Source: Balanoglossus misakiensis
Taxonomy: Eukaryota; Animalia; Hemichordata
DNA length: 64,000 bases
Direction of reading: 5' to 3'
Assembly (NCBI GenBank): GCA_040954595.2
Contig: CM082583.2
Span: 9,472,254-9,536,253, forward strand
Below, piece after piece: positions 10,401 through 25,400 of the stretch. The notes below the pieces were generated by a model. The model was not told the DNA's origin. It saw only the letters and a program-made list of their open reading frames with translations, and made no database searches. A program made the position numbers and the translations under genes. Position 1 is the stretch's first letter; each line of letters starts with the position of its first letter.

Positions 10401-13400
10401 GCTGACATGAAATGATTGTGAATTCGATGAAAGTGGAGAACTGTCTGCGAGCGTAATTGTAATGCAAGAACAGGGTTTTTGCCTGTTGCATATATGCGGG
10501 TGGTGTCTAGACCCTTTGTTAGAGCAAGATGATGACTGCAGCAGTATATTCTTGTTCTCCTTGCCTTATATTCAGAATCTACTGTTGGTTGAAATAAGAA
10601 TAATATTTCCTCAGTCAAAATCATCATGTATGAAATAATGAAAATTTTAAAACAGAAACCAATAGCAAGGATTGTGTTCCTAAAAATAACCATTTGTTTT
10701 GTAGATTGCCATCATGGATAGATAAAACAGGACAACCGAAATGAACATATGGTGGAATGAAAACTGAATACATGATATCCTTATGTATTTTTTCCTGCCT
10801 TGAGCGTTTCATGATCTGCACAGTCCTCGCTTTGTCCAGAAACGTTATATAAGAATCTCCAATGGAGCGTTACTTCACAATAATTTCCACAGGCTCAGGA
10901 AGGGCTGTTAAATTCAATTTCAAGCCGGTGCATTAATTATGTTTATGAGCGAAATTATAACCCTATAGGAATTACCAGGTGTACAGACATTTTCTTTGAC
11001 AAAAGCTTGGTCAGATTTGTTGATTCATGCAAATTTGTCCCATTTCCAAGGACTCTTTTACAGTTATGGCAATATACCAATTTGTAAATGTTATGATAGT
11101 CAGGATTCATGTGAATACATATCACTTGTTTTACATTATGTCAATTCAGTATATGTCCAGCCACTTTGAATGGTGAGGTTATCAATGAAAAGAGTTAATT
11201 AAAGCCCCATTCATGTATATAAGAATGCAACAACAGGTATACAGAATTCTAAACAAATATTTTTTTTCATCAAAAGATCCATTTATTAAGTGGTGAACTT
11301 TATGAATAAATGTAATATTAAAATGAATTGACATTTATTCTTAGGGGTTGCTTTGTATATGTTCCAGTATTGTGTGACACAAAATCAAACTGAATGGAAT
11401 GAATGGTTGGATTGGAAGCTGAAATATTCTAGACTGCTGAGGTTTATATGCTACTTTAGGTTCAGTGAAATTAATTAAGGGAAAGTAAACATTAATTGGG
11501 TGTACTCTCACCCAGTAACAACATTGTGGATTTAACAAGGAATGTCGATGTTGGGGGACAAATGAAATATTAGACTGAATACTTTGCTCTGAGGTCTTTA
11601 TAGCGTGGAAAATTGATGTCAGTGGTTAGACTAGAGTTTGTCATTAGATCAAAGATATGGATGATGACGTGAATTTGAAAGACTGTCATCAGTGGATCAT
11701 GGGAGATAATTTATAATGTGATCCAAGATATGAGGTCTAAATGTATTGTAACTGTGTTAGAGTGAACCGTTTATGAATTTCTGAATGTTTTGTCTAAATG
11801 CCAGAGATCAGAGATTAGAATAATGAAGTGGTGTGCCTTGACTGTCGTTTATAAGGAGATGTGATTATCTCGCAATAGATTGTTCTGAGGAGTAATGTCA
11901 CAGAAATGCTATGATTTGTGGGTCAGGTCTGCATGAAACCATAATTTATCCCAAATGACTAAGACCTTCAAATATTAATTCCAAAAATCATTATCCTGGT
12001 ATATGCAGAATAAATAAATGACTAATTATTTTTGTATTAACGTAATTTTGTGATGATTGGCTTGGATTGTGTCTTGCCCTGTGGCCAAACTCTATTGTGG
12101 TGACTTCTTATTTTATATAAATAATAGGTGCCATATTTTGTCTGTAAATGATACTGGACAAGTTAAAATATTGAGGTGATAAAAATCCTGACAGCGTGAA
12201 AGAAAATGTTCCCTTTTTAATATATTTGAGAATTTCAGGAATCTGATGATAAATGTGATACTACTGTGTTAATTTGTCACCTTTTGTTGTTTTGATATTA
12301 ATCATTAGTGTTTCCATTGATTTAATTTTAAAATATTGCTTGAATCACAAAATTCACATCATCGTATTGCTCCCGATACTGATAAAAAAGAGAAAATTTC
12401 CTGCATTTGAGAAGATCTTTACATTTGTGTATTATACTCGTTTTATCACTGTCTGGTGACAACCCAGTCTGCTTCTTTGCCTTCTCTGATTGGATGATTT
12501 TATCGTGAAAGCGTGGTTGCCGTGACCACCATGAACATAATTTACTATCGGCCAGACAACCTGAGCGTTATACCCTCCAGACAAAGTGACGACATTTCTA
12601 AAGAACCCATCATTGACATTCAGAGTGTCTCAGTCCAAGCTTTCAGTTTTATTCCTCAGAAAGGGGGACAATAAATCCACGTTTGCCCAGTGAATTCCCC
12701 CCTCCTCCTCGTATAATCCATCAGTGGTGAAATGTTTCTTTTTATTGCAAGATGGCAGCGTGTGCGTGATCCATCCGTCATCTGCTGAGAGTGTTGCCAT
12801 GGCATTACCTCGGCAACTGAGCTATCCTGCATCAGATTCATCCGTTGTGCTGTAACGATGATTTACATTAGGATCACTATTGAATAATCTCTGTGATATT
12901 CCTTTTATATATTTACAGGAACTTTTGCAGACTGTGACAGCGGAAATTGGTTTCAGCACTGATACAGTGATAGGGTTTCTTCTCTGTCATCTGCATAGCC
13001 GCAAAGAAAGAAGCAAGGTAGAAGTGGTGATAAAAGTAAGTAGAAATGAAAAAAACTGTTGAGGAATAGAAGCTGTAACTTCTGGTACATACATGTATCA
13101 AGAACAGTTTCTTCCTGTGTCCCATATAACAAGCCTGCACTGCAGCCATTTGGTGGATCAACACTGCCTAGCCTGTTTATGCAGCCAACATCGTTACATT
13201 GTCGTTGAATGAATTTGATCAATGCAGCCAACCTTGTCATATTGTTGACATTAAGAAGAGGTGACTAAACTCAGTATTCAATGACAAAAGTGTGTTCTAT
13301 GCATGTACAGGCTGTACGGTATATTGACATACATAATGGTTGTTGTGATATGCTTTGTGGGATTAGGACAAGAAACCATAGTTCAGACAGAGAATCTAAA

Positions 13401-16400
13401 TTCTTAAGTTGTTTTTATCATGAAAGTTACAGCTGCTATGCCTTCGTTCCTTCAAACAATCACTGAGTAATTGACATCTTGAAAAGATGTCGTATCTTTG
13501 TACAAACTATGCAGAGTGTCATCCCTACATGCCACATTTTATCGACATGGAATTCCAAGAGATGCTGTCAGACTGTGCTGGGTTCAATCAAGTTTGTGCT
13601 GCTCCCCCGACCGACAGCGTGATCACATATATCAGAAGGGGTTCAGCTGTTGACCTGGTTTGACCCCAATTCTCTCACCTGCTGTCTGACAGCGCCCAGT
13701 AGGGTTGCGAAGGTTCATTCGGTGTTCAGGTCAGAGGTCACCGTCTTGCGAGGTTCTTTGACCAGACAGCACCTGAGTGTGTTTGTTTTTAAATAAAGAG
13801 GTAATTTTCAATCCTCCGTTCTGGTATTAAATCTTGCTGACATTGAATGTTATATGGTGGAAAGCGTGTGTTTTCCAGGGACGTTTTCAGTTAATCAATT
13901 TGCTTTGAGATAAAAGCTGATAAATGTTGGTCAGAATTAGTGTAAATGACAGTTTGATACATACATGTATCTTGAAAACATAATGTGTTGCAATTATTTA
14001 TTGGGACGGTGCTCTATGAACAAAACCTGTTTGTTATCAGATTTGAAAAACAACATAAGCTGCCAGTTGTTTTGAACTCATTTACCTGTACGTCACTGTT
14101 TGTGGACAATTATTCTTGAAAACAGCTGTTAAATATTTACAATGTATATTCATGGGATAGATTATTAACAAATAGTATTCAATTTCTGTTTATTTTAAGT
14201 TGACAATTATTTGTCATGGTTTAAAATATTGAATATTGAAAAAAACGTGTCAGTTATTAATAAAACTATGATTATAACTGTTTCTTTTTGAAAAATGCAA
14301 CTGCACCACCCAAAGCTGTCCTTCCAAATCAACTCCTAACAACACTTAATTATCTATGCATGACAATGTCCCATGGAACTTGTTTACAGTTTGATGTGTT
14401 ATGAGTTATTTATAGTCTGCGAGCAGTTAAGAATTTGATGACTGTCTGAATGGTGGTGGTCATCAGCTACAAGTATAACTGTCTCATATTTATCAAATGT
14501 CACATTTGAGAAAGGAAAACATTAAATCATGACCTGTCCCCTCCATAAAAGATCAGCAATGGCATGTATTATGGTGGCAATCATATGCTTTATCCAATCT
14601 GCCCATAGAGGGTATCATTTGGAGAAAAATTTAGGGTCAGCCACCAAAATATTATTGGTTGGAACAAAATGTCTCCATATCTTAGCTGCATTTGGCATAC
14701 TGTGTTAAAAAATGTAGTTTCCAGACAGAAATAATGTAGCAGATGGATGCGAGTGTGGAATAACGTGACACAGATGCTATTTTTGATATTCATTTTTAGT
14801 TATTTTTGTGTCACGGAAGATGGCCGCTTGTTGATCCTCACTGAAACATGCTGTATCATGCGAGTGTTGCAGGTTGATGGTCCTTATTCAACTGCTGGCA
14901 GAAAAAATGGCCTTGTTTTAATTCCAAGGCTATGTGGTCATAGCATATTTTTTCCTCGATCGATAATTATATGAAAATGTTGAATTCTTGCGATGTCATA
15001 TGTCCAACTTTAAGTTTAGCATACAGAAACCTCTAAAATATTTGGTCAGAGTTGCTGTATAACACTGAATATCAAAATGACATTGTATTTTTGCAATTCA
15101 AGAATCACCTTGGCATATCACCACTCTACAGATGTAATTAATTGAATTAATTTGCCCTCTTGAACATTGTCATTCCAGAAATGTGTAGATATGTAATGAA
15201 TACTTTGTGCTTGCCAAATAAATATGTATTGGATTTAATGTGTGTACATCAATCGCTCCCTGGGTGTCCACCAAATATAGCACCTTGTCGCAAGTTGTTT
15301 TATAAATAGAGAATAAAAATGCCATTTAAAAATAGAGAATAAAGGCCACCATTTGATATCTAAGATTTTCTAGACGAAATATTCCCCAGTACCACTTTTG
15401 TGTGTAGCTAGGAATCCCATAGGATAACCACTGTGTTTTATTTTTATGATTTTTTTAATGATTGTCCATAGTTTGATAGTCAATAGCCACGGCTGCATTT
15501 ATCATGAGGAATAGGTGCTGGTGGTGTGTGGGCATAATGGTGCTTTATCAACTGCGTGTTAAAACTCCCATATGTCACACATTGCATCATTCATTCGAGT
15601 GGATTTTGATATACAACAGCAGTGCGTTGAATGTGCGTCATTCCGGCTAAAATGTGATTGAACTCCCGATGTGGGTTTCATGGACGCACCACGTACAAAT
15701 AGTGACATCATCAGATTTTGATGAATGACATCATTGTAAAGTATCAATAAGTAACATGGTCACTGTTGGTCTAGAATAGATTGTTTGGTGTCGATAGTGC
15801 TACTTCTCCAATAATGTCAACTCATTTCTCAGTATAGTTGTTGTCATAGTTACACGACCATGATGTGCTTTAGGAGTGTTACAGTAAGACACCTTCAAAC
15901 ACTGTTTTTTTGTGTCTAGACTCTAGACTTCATTTTTTTAGAAGCGCAATACAAACATTCGGAGGAAATGACTGGTTGCGCAGGATTTTCGTTGCCAGGT
16001 ATCTGTTGGAGTTTCGACGTATGGCGCAAACAGGATATGAAGTAAATAGGTTGTTGAATTTTCTTGATCAACAATTTCTAAGATGAATTTTCCTTGTGCA
16101 TGCATGTATGCCAGATGGGTGAATTGATATTGATATGAAATATGTAGCTGTGAATTATCTTTATTAAAATGATGGCGTTCTTATGAATTCCCCAGGAGAT
16201 TTTCACTCAGTGTAATAATATTTTATGCTCTATACGCACCTGTCTATGTATTTCAGTGGTCATAGTGATGATGGATTTATTGGCTAAATGTTTCTCACGA
16301 AACAGACATTGTGCCAAGCCAAAAATAAGCTACATATTTTAGTTCCTAAGATCAGTTCTGAAGAAATTTTTGTAAAAAAAGTTGAACCTTATGAAGAAGA

Positions 16401-19400
16401 TACATTTTGTATGTGCACATGCATTAATGTATTGAGTATGGCCAGTTGAATTGAAATTCCATGTACGTATGGCTGTTCCCAGCAGATGGCCAATAGTTCT
16501 GTGTTATTTGTTCAGTAGGCGTGCAATTAATCACGTTTTTGAATGTCACGACATTTCATCAATGGAGCGATATTAATAAGGTCGTAAAAGGGAAAATTAT
16601 GCATATTAGTCCCGGTTAGTCATGGGAATATTAATGAATGTATTTTATGAAAATATTGCATTGGTGACTTTTCTGGTGTGTAATCACATAGACTATGCAG
16701 TGTTTGAATTATATGACATAATTGTGTTGTGTTGGAGATTTGAACACAATCGATTTTTTGTTCTCTTCCCAGTAAGTGTCAGCAGGATTGCTGTATAACT
16801 AGATTGCCATGGTATATCTCGCAAAATGTGATTTATTTTTAATTCCCTCAAATTTAACGCGAATGGCTTTTGATCCGGCTTTCTGAAACATGGAATAACC
16901 TTTTGAAGTGTTTCTCAAAGGGTCTAAAGGAATATGTGGTATTTCAGAGCTTAGAGAGATATTCCATCACTGTATCAAAAAATATAAAACGTGCAAGTCT
17001 CAGTATGAGAAAAACAATAATGAACACAAAGTCACGCGATAGCGGTAATTGCCCTGTAAATCAGGCAATCAATCTGACCATCCATGAATGTTATACGAGG
17101 AGAATGTACACAGGTGAGTCTGGTTTGGAGACGCATTGTCTGATAGCTTTCGCCGGAGTAATCCCGTGCATGTAAATCTACGTCCGGCAAGTACTCTGAG
17201 ATGCAAGGTAAAACTTCATGAAAAATGCTCAGCTGAGAAAACATCAGTTGCGCCAACCGAATCATCAATTGAATTATTTAAGTATTAGCTGTGTGGGGGC
17301 AGCTCGGACATTTTTATTCTGTTTAAAAATTTATCCTTTGTGGCCATAAAGCTGACGTGTAGGCAAAGTGTGTGTGTGTGTGTGTGTTCAGAGGGCTGAG
17401 ATCCCGTCAGTGAACAATCGCATCTTGGAGGATTTCCTTAAACTTGCCGATGGAGTCTTATTTCCATCTCTGATTAATGTGCCAGGAATTCCTCCCCTTG
17501 TTCCAAGTGCATACCTGGTACCTTTTGCTCTCTTTCCGCCAATTGTTTCCCTTTTCTGTTCTTCCACTCGGAAGCATGCGGCATCCCTAATTGGCGACCC
17601 CGTCTGGATCAATATTATCGACTTGTTTCCTTTCTCCACAAAACCAACAAGCATGTTGTCTGTCGGATCCTGTGAATTGTGTCACATTCCTGGATGATGC
17701 TAATCCCTTGTGGCTTGCTGCCGGACAGCGACTCTGAGAGATTTTCCCGGAAATCAATAAACTGTTACTTTTAATTTGTCGGACAGTTTGAATTTACAAC
17801 CCAATGTTCACGTTGGACGGCCGAGTTCAAAGTAAGGACTGAGCTATTGTTTGGTGGGAGTGGCAGGGTCAAGCCAATTTTAGCTGAAAATTAAAAAAAA
17901 ACCTGACAATGTTAGGAACAAGGTACAGATGAAATGTGGACCTTTCACATTATTAATCTCTTAGTCACTCACAAAGCCACCAAACCTAAAATTAGCCACG
18001 AAGAAAATCAAACATATAATTTTGGCCACTGGAAACAGTAGAAGGAAACTAGTGGTTGTGGTTTTGGGGGGCTTTGCATGGAATCCTGGAAGTGGTTTCA
18101 GAGAGAAAACATGACTGGAAGAAGGGATTTGAGACTAAATTCATGAGATTGATATTAAACTTCCTTTTGGTGGGTGTTCCAGTTTGTTATTTTTGTCAGA
18201 AATCAACTGATATTGTGCTTGGGTACCTCGTCACCTGTTGTCGTCAGTGTTGTGTAACACCAGTCTGAGTGTTGAGTAACAGGGTTCATGAGCAGATAAC
18301 AAAATGAACACTAATCCTAGCGTGATAGCTTGGGGGACAGATTGTTTGTACCCCTGAAAAGATTGTGATAGTTGTTTGTAGAGAAGTCTTGTAGTGTTTA
18401 GACCAGAGCAGTATCAAGGGTACTGAGTTGGGTCAGACCTTATAATTCTACTCTGAGGTGTGTACACTCCTGATTGTTATATGTCTGCCTCTTGTGGTTC
18501 CGCCATCACAAAAAAAAAATCTCAGGGTGTTTGAGTTTAGTCTGGGATTTTCATTTATTTTCGTGCTGTTGCAAAACTGACATACTTGGATTCGGCTCGT
18601 AGTGGGGGTTTGTTTTGGCATGTTGCCAGTTTGCTTTAGAATCCTTGGCTTGTCCCAGTACAAGCCTGGATACAGGTACCCGGCTGACAACCTCCGATGC
18701 CTAGCAACCACATATCCACAGGCAAACATTTCCAGAATTAATTAAAAAGTTATAATTTTCCCTTTTCTGAGAGTTTTACTTGACAGTTAAGATTTGAAGA
18801 TTTTTTAAAAACCAAACAAAGTGCATGACTTTTTTGAGGTTCATTTTCCGGCTGTAGACACTCTTGGTTTGCAAGGTAATCCATAGATGTGCAGCGTTTA
18901 TGAAGGACAGCTGGATGGTGGCTCATTCATTCCAGTGGCCCCCTTCCAACCGTGGCAGAATGCCAGAATCTGTCATTTGATTGACATGTACGGTGTGTCA
19001 CAATGTGATGATTGACATGCAAGTGCTGTCGGACAGTGAGAGTGCATGCTGTTAGTGTTACCCCGTACTTTAAGGGCCTAGGAGAATTGGTTCCCATAAG
19101 ACAGCAGGCGTGTTTGTCGAGCCAGGTGCATTGCATCAGGTGAAGTTATTGGTCAGTCAAGGGAAGGTCACAGATCAAACTTGAAGAAGACATGTCTGTG
19201 TAAACATTTGCAGAAATCCACATTTGCAGATTTTAGAAATCAAGATCACATTGAAATAAAAGTGGAAAAAATGTATTGAAGTTGTTTAATATGCAATGTA
19301 TTATTCCTTTTAACAGCAACCAATATGCATATATGATATATCATTTCAGCAACTAATACAATACTGTAACCAGCAATATCTGTTGTATGAAATGTATCTC

Positions 19401-22400
19401 TTTATGGAACCAGTCCAAAACAAATATCGCCAACCCCTAGAAGCCAACCCCTAGTTAATTATCACCAATTGTAAACACCTTTGCTGGTAGGCAGACTGTA
19501 AGAGCAAACATGACAAAACAATACTGGTAACCAGATAATTAATTGTGCTTGTACATTGATGCGACAAGAAAATCCATGCTGGCTTACATGTGCGTTAATG
19601 TTAATTGATAAGCAAGTCATACCCAGGCTACAGCGGATATAGCTAAGATATGTCCCGTTCTAGTTCTGGTAGTTTACTCAGGGATGCGTTGCTAAAATGA
19701 GAAAATCGCCGGAAGTGGGAAAATCTGGATAGAATGCAGTATCAGAACTGTGACAGTCTGGATTTGGAGGAGGAAACTGAGTTGCATGGAAGTCATCAGA
19801 ATATTGTCCTATCTGTTGGTCTTGGACACTTACAGGAAGCTCCAGCAATAAAAAAAGTGCCCTTCATGATACTGCCTTATGAAAACACAAGGGGCACTGA
19901 CAGATTGGGATGAAAAAACAAATTTGCTAGGTCACCTGTGAAAAGTGGAGTGGGCCTTGAGTGAGTGGTCACGGCAGGCTTGCTGGTTGGTTCGAATTGT
20001 GTGTGTGTAGCGCGATGTGTTTTGAAAAGGGTAGATAGATGTGAAGGTTGGCTTAGATACGTCCTTGCAGCCAATTAAGGCCGCCACCCGCGGTTCTCAT
20101 CAAAGTCACCAGGGTTTGGATCCTGTATGTCCATCTCATACCTGTGTTTTTAATGGTCACAAGGCGGTCAGGGTATCAGGTTTATAGTCAAGCTTAGCGG
20201 TGTTTTATTGTGGGGTGTTGTCATAACCTTTTTACTGCCCGGATTATTTCCTCTTTAAGTGATCTCAGACAATGTGCACTTGATGGCCATCACAGAACCA
20301 CCCTTGAACGCTATTGTCCAGGGTCTTTCATATGCAATGGTGGTGACTCTCTTGAAGGCAGACATCAGGGAATGGAAGACAATTTTGTGTTTCCTGTCGG
20401 TCGTGAATGGGTGGCATCATCATCATAGTTAATTGGGTTGTGTGATGTGGAAGCCCTGGCTAATTGATACTGGGTGTCTGTAAAGCTTATGATCAAAATC
20501 AAATACTTCCTGTGGAAATTTACACCTGAAGTCGATCAGGTGGTAACCAAAGAATGCAGACTGTAATGTGATCGGCAGGTTGGACAGCAATGGAGTGATG
20601 GCCAACTTGGGACTGCTTTGCAGAAGGTCCCAGTCCATGATTACTTTTTTGAGACAGGGCTCTTGATTCTGAAGTATAGCATACGTTTATTTGAAGTTCA
20701 GAATTGCAGTTTTCCACCACATTTTTCTGCCTAAAAACATTTACATTCACATGGTTTGCTTTAAGCCTTCAGATATCACAGGGCATCACGGACCACAGGG
20801 ACCCCATATAGTCATGTTTTTCGTGGTCACTTTTGTCACCGTTCCAAGCTGAGCTGAATGTGTCCCAGACCCATGAAATCTCACCAGACAAACATATTAT
20901 TTTTTTCCTGCCTGCTGTTTATAAAACTGGTAAATATGAAACAAGAACCCTTGTTTTGGGAATAAAGCACCGATCGTCCAATCTGACAATTTGTTCCGGT
21001 TTCCTCCAGTCAAGGGATGTTTCCCATCAGTCAGCAGATTCACTCTGGGAAGAGATACAACCTTTATCGCGTAACATTAGTTCATAAACAACGCATCTGT
21101 ACACACTTGATGAAGAGAAGGTTAGACGTCAGGGCTGGGTGTTGGACGGAAGAATGTTTTCCGGAATCATAGTCATTATTTTTGAGAGGGAACTGGCTGT
21201 ATTTCTCAAGAGTGCAATAAACAGGTGGCAGTCTACATCTGTGTTGTTTTCAGTTTCGATCATCCCGTTCCTGCACGGCCACCTGGCCTTTTTTATTGAC
21301 ACCATGCTTGTGTAAGTTAATCAGTATTTGCATATGTTTCTTCTGGTTAATTGTGTTCTGTTTTTGACTTGTTTCGCTGTTAGGCAAGAACACTGTCAAC
21401 ACCCGGGATCGCGATCAAAGAGGAAGAGACTAGATCAACGCTATCAGTGCCGCATCATCAAAACCCTTCCTTCCCAACGTTATCACTGAAAAATTCCATT
21501 ATTCAAAATTGTGACTTCTGACATCATTGCTGGAAAAGAGGTCAGTACGACTGATGGAGAACAATGTCTTTTATGCAATTTTTTTGTGCTGATGGCTAGA
21601 AGCCTTCAGGGGCAGTGCTTTGCTCCAGAAGATGAAGGCGTTGTTTAGTTCTGGTAATTAAACCCCAAAGTGCTGCTGGATGTCTTTCAGAAAGACAGAA
21701 AGAGCAAGCTCCTGTAGAAAGGAATTATGCTCCCAGAACACACTGCTGCCTGGAGGCGGTTGTCCCAGAATGGGTGTCATGGCATTGTCATTTTCTGGGT
21801 TCATGGCAAGGTAATAAGATGCAGAAAAATAAAGATTACCTAAACTGGTGGACACCGAGGAAGATTTGAAAGCGACACAGACGATTTGTGAAGAAACAAT
21901 ATTTGACAACCTTTGTGTTTTTTTCTCCAGTCAAACGAGCGTGGTTCAAACACGAAACAAGAGAACAGGCTGTGTGTACAAAACGTGTCGTTTCATAATC
22001 ATGACTTGTAAACAATACCTGTAATGTTATTTTATACCCGGCATAAAACTATTACCCCTTTCACACTTTTAATCACTCTGTGTTTCTGAACCTCGCCTTT
22101 CTCTTTGAGGTTCCCTTTTAGGAACTGATAATGAAAGCAGCTGGGGGAGTTAACAACGCCAAGTTATGTGTCGGTGAAAACTGTAAAAGTTATTCGGACA
22201 AACACTCAGGCTTTGTTAGCAAGTTCAAGTGGAGAGCTCTATTGTAATGCCTTAACTGCAAACCATGAAAAGACGGACAAGAGAAACTTTTTGTTTTTAA
22301 GACCGGCTATTGTTTTTAGCAGGGAATGACTGTAACTGACAAAACAAATAGCATGGCAGGGATGTATTTATCTACGTGTTTACCCAGTGATGCAACAAGC

Positions 22401-25400
22401 AAATGGATGTATTTATTTTTAGGCAAGGTTTGTCAAAAGAATTGCGCCGTGTTCAAATACATGTAAACATGCTCTGTGTGTGTTTGTGTCTGCTTTGAAA
22501 GTAATAGTAAATTAGTTGGTGTTGCGGATGTAATTATTTGTTCCTAAAATACTCGGATAAAAGTTTCAACAATGCTAGTTTGGTTCAATGACATTCTCCA
22601 ACAAGATTGGTTTTTGTCCAAATTGCAAGCTAGGTTTCCTCATCTGGTAGCACAAAATTGTTTTCCTGTTCCACTCCATCCTTAAACACACACTCTCCAT
22701 CGATTGTTTGCTTTATTTTCGTATAAACATGGCTATGGTTAATCGCCTGGCTTGTTAATTCGATGTAATCCTATGCATTGGTATTTCCTATCCCTATGTC
22801 TAAGCCGGTCAACAAAGAAACCGGATTTTGTTTCGGCGCTACCGACAGATCAATTTGACCAATTTGACGTGACGATCCTAGCAAATGAAGCTTTTGAGAT
22901 GCAAATGTAGTTGCTAGTATTTCCATGAGAATAGAAGCACTTTTGCTTCGCTGTGTTGTCGGGAGAATGAAAAAAATTGTGATGTAAAGTGAACATTGCT
23001 CAACATGTTGCTGGTTAGTGTCAGTATAAACTTGCTTTGTTCCATCGACAATGTCTGTTTCTGTCGTTATTTTTTCAGTAGCTGACTAGATGAAGGACGT
23101 CACTTCTGGTTCATGTCATCCCATCTGATTTTTTGTAGCCTCTTTATCAGATGACAAATCTGGGATTCATGTCCTTGGCTGATATACAGAGCTGTTTGGT
23201 ATTCTACAGAGTAGTTTGATCTAAATGGACACCATTCATGTATATTGGTACATGTCTGTTGGACGTGTTAACCCTTTGGGTATCAGAGTTCCGGTCCATC
23301 CATGTCCTTTCATTCTTGTGGTTTTAGACCCACCTGCAGGGAACTGGGGGTGAATGGGTTGGGTTAATTTGTCTCTTTTAGCCAATAAAGCAGCTTCCTC
23401 ACAAAGATTGTAGGGCTAACAAAAGTAACATTGACTGGACACATGTACAAATGTACCATGTTTCCAGTGAGTGGCGGTCCTTTCACTCATACTCCTCTCT
23501 TAAGTTGATTGCATGTAAGTACTTCTTGTAGTCAATTGCCAAAAGTCAGTGGTTGAGCTCTTTATGGCAGGTATCCTTTGGAAACAGAAAAGTTTCCGAA
23601 AAGATGAAGGCGTACAGGAACATTTAAATACTCAGTCTGACAAGGATTGAGAATGAAGCCCAAACTCTGTTGGGTGAGAATCTATCCTTGGCTTTCCACT
23701 GTAAAAGTACCGTAAACTAGAATCACGTTTCATTAACCAGTACGGCAACTTTGTTTGCGATGAGCACCACAGGGTGATTGCATTTACACTTTCATTCAAT
23801 ATGATGAGACTGATCCATATTTTTAGACAACTTATGATGTGTCTGTGACTGGAATGTCAATGCAGCAAACACCTGCTGATAATATCACGCCAAAACGACA
23901 ATGTGTTTGCCGTCTACTGGGGCATGTCATGTTTTGCTAGTTCATCTCGGATGAGGTAATGTTCTTCAATCTGCATGGCCTTTGTCGGATTAAATTTTGC
24001 TCGGCAGGATGATATTAAAGCTGGTTGACAGGTGACTGCTGTTTTAAAACCCATATGATCATTTCAATGGTGAGGGGGGGGGGGGTTACTATGCTTGCAG
24101 TTGGTGTCTCTGGAGTGAGTTGAACCACTTCCCTTCATCTTGCATCTATAAGTAGGCAATCTCCTTATTTGGTAATGTCTACTACCGATACCAGTCTTCA
24201 TCGCGTGGCTCTGCCCAAGCGTTTCTGTCGTTGTCTTTGCTGGCAGTTTGATTCAGAAGGAATTTTGATGAGATTCTCAGCTTTGAGCCAAACGGATGAT
24301 AGAAAAACCATCCGACAAAGTGTTAAATATAGAAGCCGCGTGAATTGAAATGCTATCAGTCAGTGCCCTTGAAGTAGTCTGGAACTTCTCCGTCACAGTT
24401 TGGCTTTGGTTTCAAAATTAGGTGTTAATTAGACTGAAAACGTCACCAACAGAAAAGCGAAAATTTTCTTGCATTGTTGTGAAACTAGCACCTTTTTGTT
24501 AGAATTTGGCAAAATCTATTTCCATATACAGGGTATGAGTTCAGTTGTCACGTGGTAACCAGTCACTGAACATGCTTCAGTGAGCTAAAAAAAATAATAA
24601 AGCTATCAAAACAACTTAATTAAAAAAATTATGCAAAAAATGAGCCACAATTTGCTGGTCTCTTAACATGAACTTTTATACAAATGTGTATCTGTAAATA
24701 CAAATAAAATCTGACAATCCACAGGAAAATACATTGTACAAAGACTAGGACAGTTTTTTGTAGTTTTTTTAACACTAATTTCGTTTTAGTGTGATTGTAG
24801 TTCATTTATGATTTGTTTGTATGTAAATTACATTGATGGCCTTGGAATTAAAAAAACACCAGGAATCAATCTTTAATAAGATATTTGTACTGGTGGAATA
24901 TTGACTATTGTGTTTCATGTTCATTTTATTACTAAAATGATAGAATGTTGAGGTATTACTATTAGTTCAATGAAATGGTTCAACCTTATGATAACTGCAG
25001 ATGTGATAAAAAATGGAATCGATCGTGTAACTATTGGTGAGCCAGACAGACAGAAAGATAGACAGACGGATTATTCTACGAACAGCTGGAAAAAAAGGTC
25101 ATATATCATATGACCAGTTTTGCATGAAATTTTAATATCAATTGCTGCTGCATATAGTCTGCTGTTCGTAGATATTTTCGTATATGTTATGGAACGCAAT
25201 TTCATGGATCGTTGTATTTTGCTGTCTCGGTAGGTTTCCTTTGACTGGCTGCTGTTGGCGAAACCTGCTGCTGGACTGCTGTTCCTGATGGTAAAAACCC
25301 GCCGGAACTCTTGATTGGTGATCCGGAAATCGGAACAGTTATGTAAATGCTATCAGTTTTCAAGGACAGGTACCCATGTTTGCTTGTCTCCAGTCCGTGT

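Noticed and set aside
10154-10693. 179-aa minus-strand ORF
   Set aside because: No recognisable motif or splice-supported partner; composition looks like translated intron.
14057-14078. 13-nt match to vertebrate miR-22 (aagctgccagttg)
   Set aside because: The 3' half diverges and most of the match sits in the loop of a small local hairpin, not in a precursor arm.
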